DNA of 64,000 bases, from IMG/VR virus record IMGVR_UViG_3300042308_001511, positions 186,001 to 250,000 of that record; one strand, written 5' to 3'. This document shows positions 63,274 through 64,000 of this stretch, piece after piece (the stretch's first letter is position 1; every line of letters begins with the position of its first letter). The position numbers were made by a program, and so were the translations under genes. Below the pieces are notes generated by a model. It was not told the origin of the DNA and searched no databases. It saw only the letters and a list, made by a program, of their open reading frames with translations.

Positions 63274-64000
63274 TCAAAGAACCTCTCTAGCAATCCTGAC
63301 GAAACCATCAACACGACCCATTGTGTAGTAGTGTAAACAAGGTGCTCCTCTCTTTATTAGATCCTTCGATTGTTCTACACACCAACGTTCGCCAAGCGTT
63401 CGTATTGCGGTATCGTCTTTACACAATAAAGCTTCTTTGTGTAAAGCCTCAGGTATGTCAATCGAGAAAACACGTGGAATCATCGAAATCTGTGCCTTAC
63501 TTGCTAATGGTTTCAAACCCGGTATAATTGGAACCGTAATACCTGCTACACGACACTTAGCAACAAAGTCGAAGTATTTATCATTGTCATAGAATAGTTG
63601 TGTCACTACATAGTCAGCACCTGCATCCACCTTTGCTTTCAACCAATCAATGTCACTTGTTGGATTCACCGCCTCTGCGTGTTTTTCAGGATAACCAGCA
63701 ACACCCATACAGAAGTTAGTAGAAACCCCATTCAAATCTTCTTCAAGATAAACACCTTTGTTCAAATCAGATACTTGTCTAACTAAATCAATCGCATGAG
63801 AATGACCACCCGGCTCCGCTGAAAATACCTTTTCATTCTTAGTAGGGTCTCCTCTCAATACTAACATATTTTCAATACCTAAATAATGAAGATCCAAAAG
63901 TGCATCCTCGGTCTCCTCTTTGGTAAAACCACCACAGATAATGTGTGGTACCGTATCGACACCATATTTATGTGTGATTGAAGAACATATTCCGACCGTC
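63274..64000 (-). CDS. metF: 5,10-methylenetetrahydrofolate reductase (5' end outside window)
   Basis: VPHIICGGFTKEETE, LRGDP, GVAGYPEKH, LKAKVDAGADYVVTQLFYD, HYYTM. Confidence 0.93.
   Translation of the reverse strand, partial: TVGICSSITHKYGVDTVPHIICGGFTKEETEDALLDLHYLGIENMLVLRGDPTKNEKVFSAEPGGHSHAIDLVRQVSDLNKGVYLEEDLNGVSTNFCMGVAGYPEKHAEAVNPTSDIDWLKAKVDAGADYVVTQLFYDNDKYFDFVAKCRVAGITVPIIPGLKPLASKAQISMIPRVFSIDIPEALHKEALLCKDDTAIRTLGERWCVEQSKDLIKRGAPCLHYYTMGRVDGFVRIAREVL

Noticed and set aside
1-64000. Alternative genetic code (TAG or TGA reassignment), as in some huge phages
   Set aside because: Long conserved genes are intact in the standard code, and TAG and TGA both end genes at tight junctions and ATGA overlaps.

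Overview
This 64-kb window is best read as part of a very large (jumbo/huge) T4-like myophage genome, not a cellular chromosome. It is AT-rich and gene-dense, with a gp6-like baseplate wedge, a tail-collar fibre protein, homing endonucleases and many short hypothetical ORFs. The host is probably a member of Bacteroidota: TAnnTTTG -7 promoter boxes, a Bacteroidota-type MetF, an Hc1-like protein, a Q-rule signal peptide and A-rich non-SD start regions all point that way. It carries many host-like auxiliary genes (glnS, folD, folA, metF, a PurH cyclohydrolase domain fused to an AAA ATPase, gmk-like kinase, clpP, HU, Skp/OmpH-like and J-domain chaperones) and a ~12-kb glycosylation and sugar-modification cluster. 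The most unusual signals are: (1) an in-frame, translated CRISPR-like array of 36-nt repeats and unrelated 30-nt spacers inside one gene (15541-15837); (2) a shared C-terminal peptide tag, R-[DNE]-x-[KQR]-[LI]-x-x-L-G-I, on about 16 otherwise unrelated small proteins, often coupled to the next gene through ATA-TGA; (3) a T4 capsid-targeting-like N-terminal motif on genes behind TATATA boxes; (4) a prfB-like CTT-TGA +1 frameshift candidate; (5) two candidate structured RNAs and one degenerate tRNA-like element. All family assignments come from motif recognition by eye; no database search was run.
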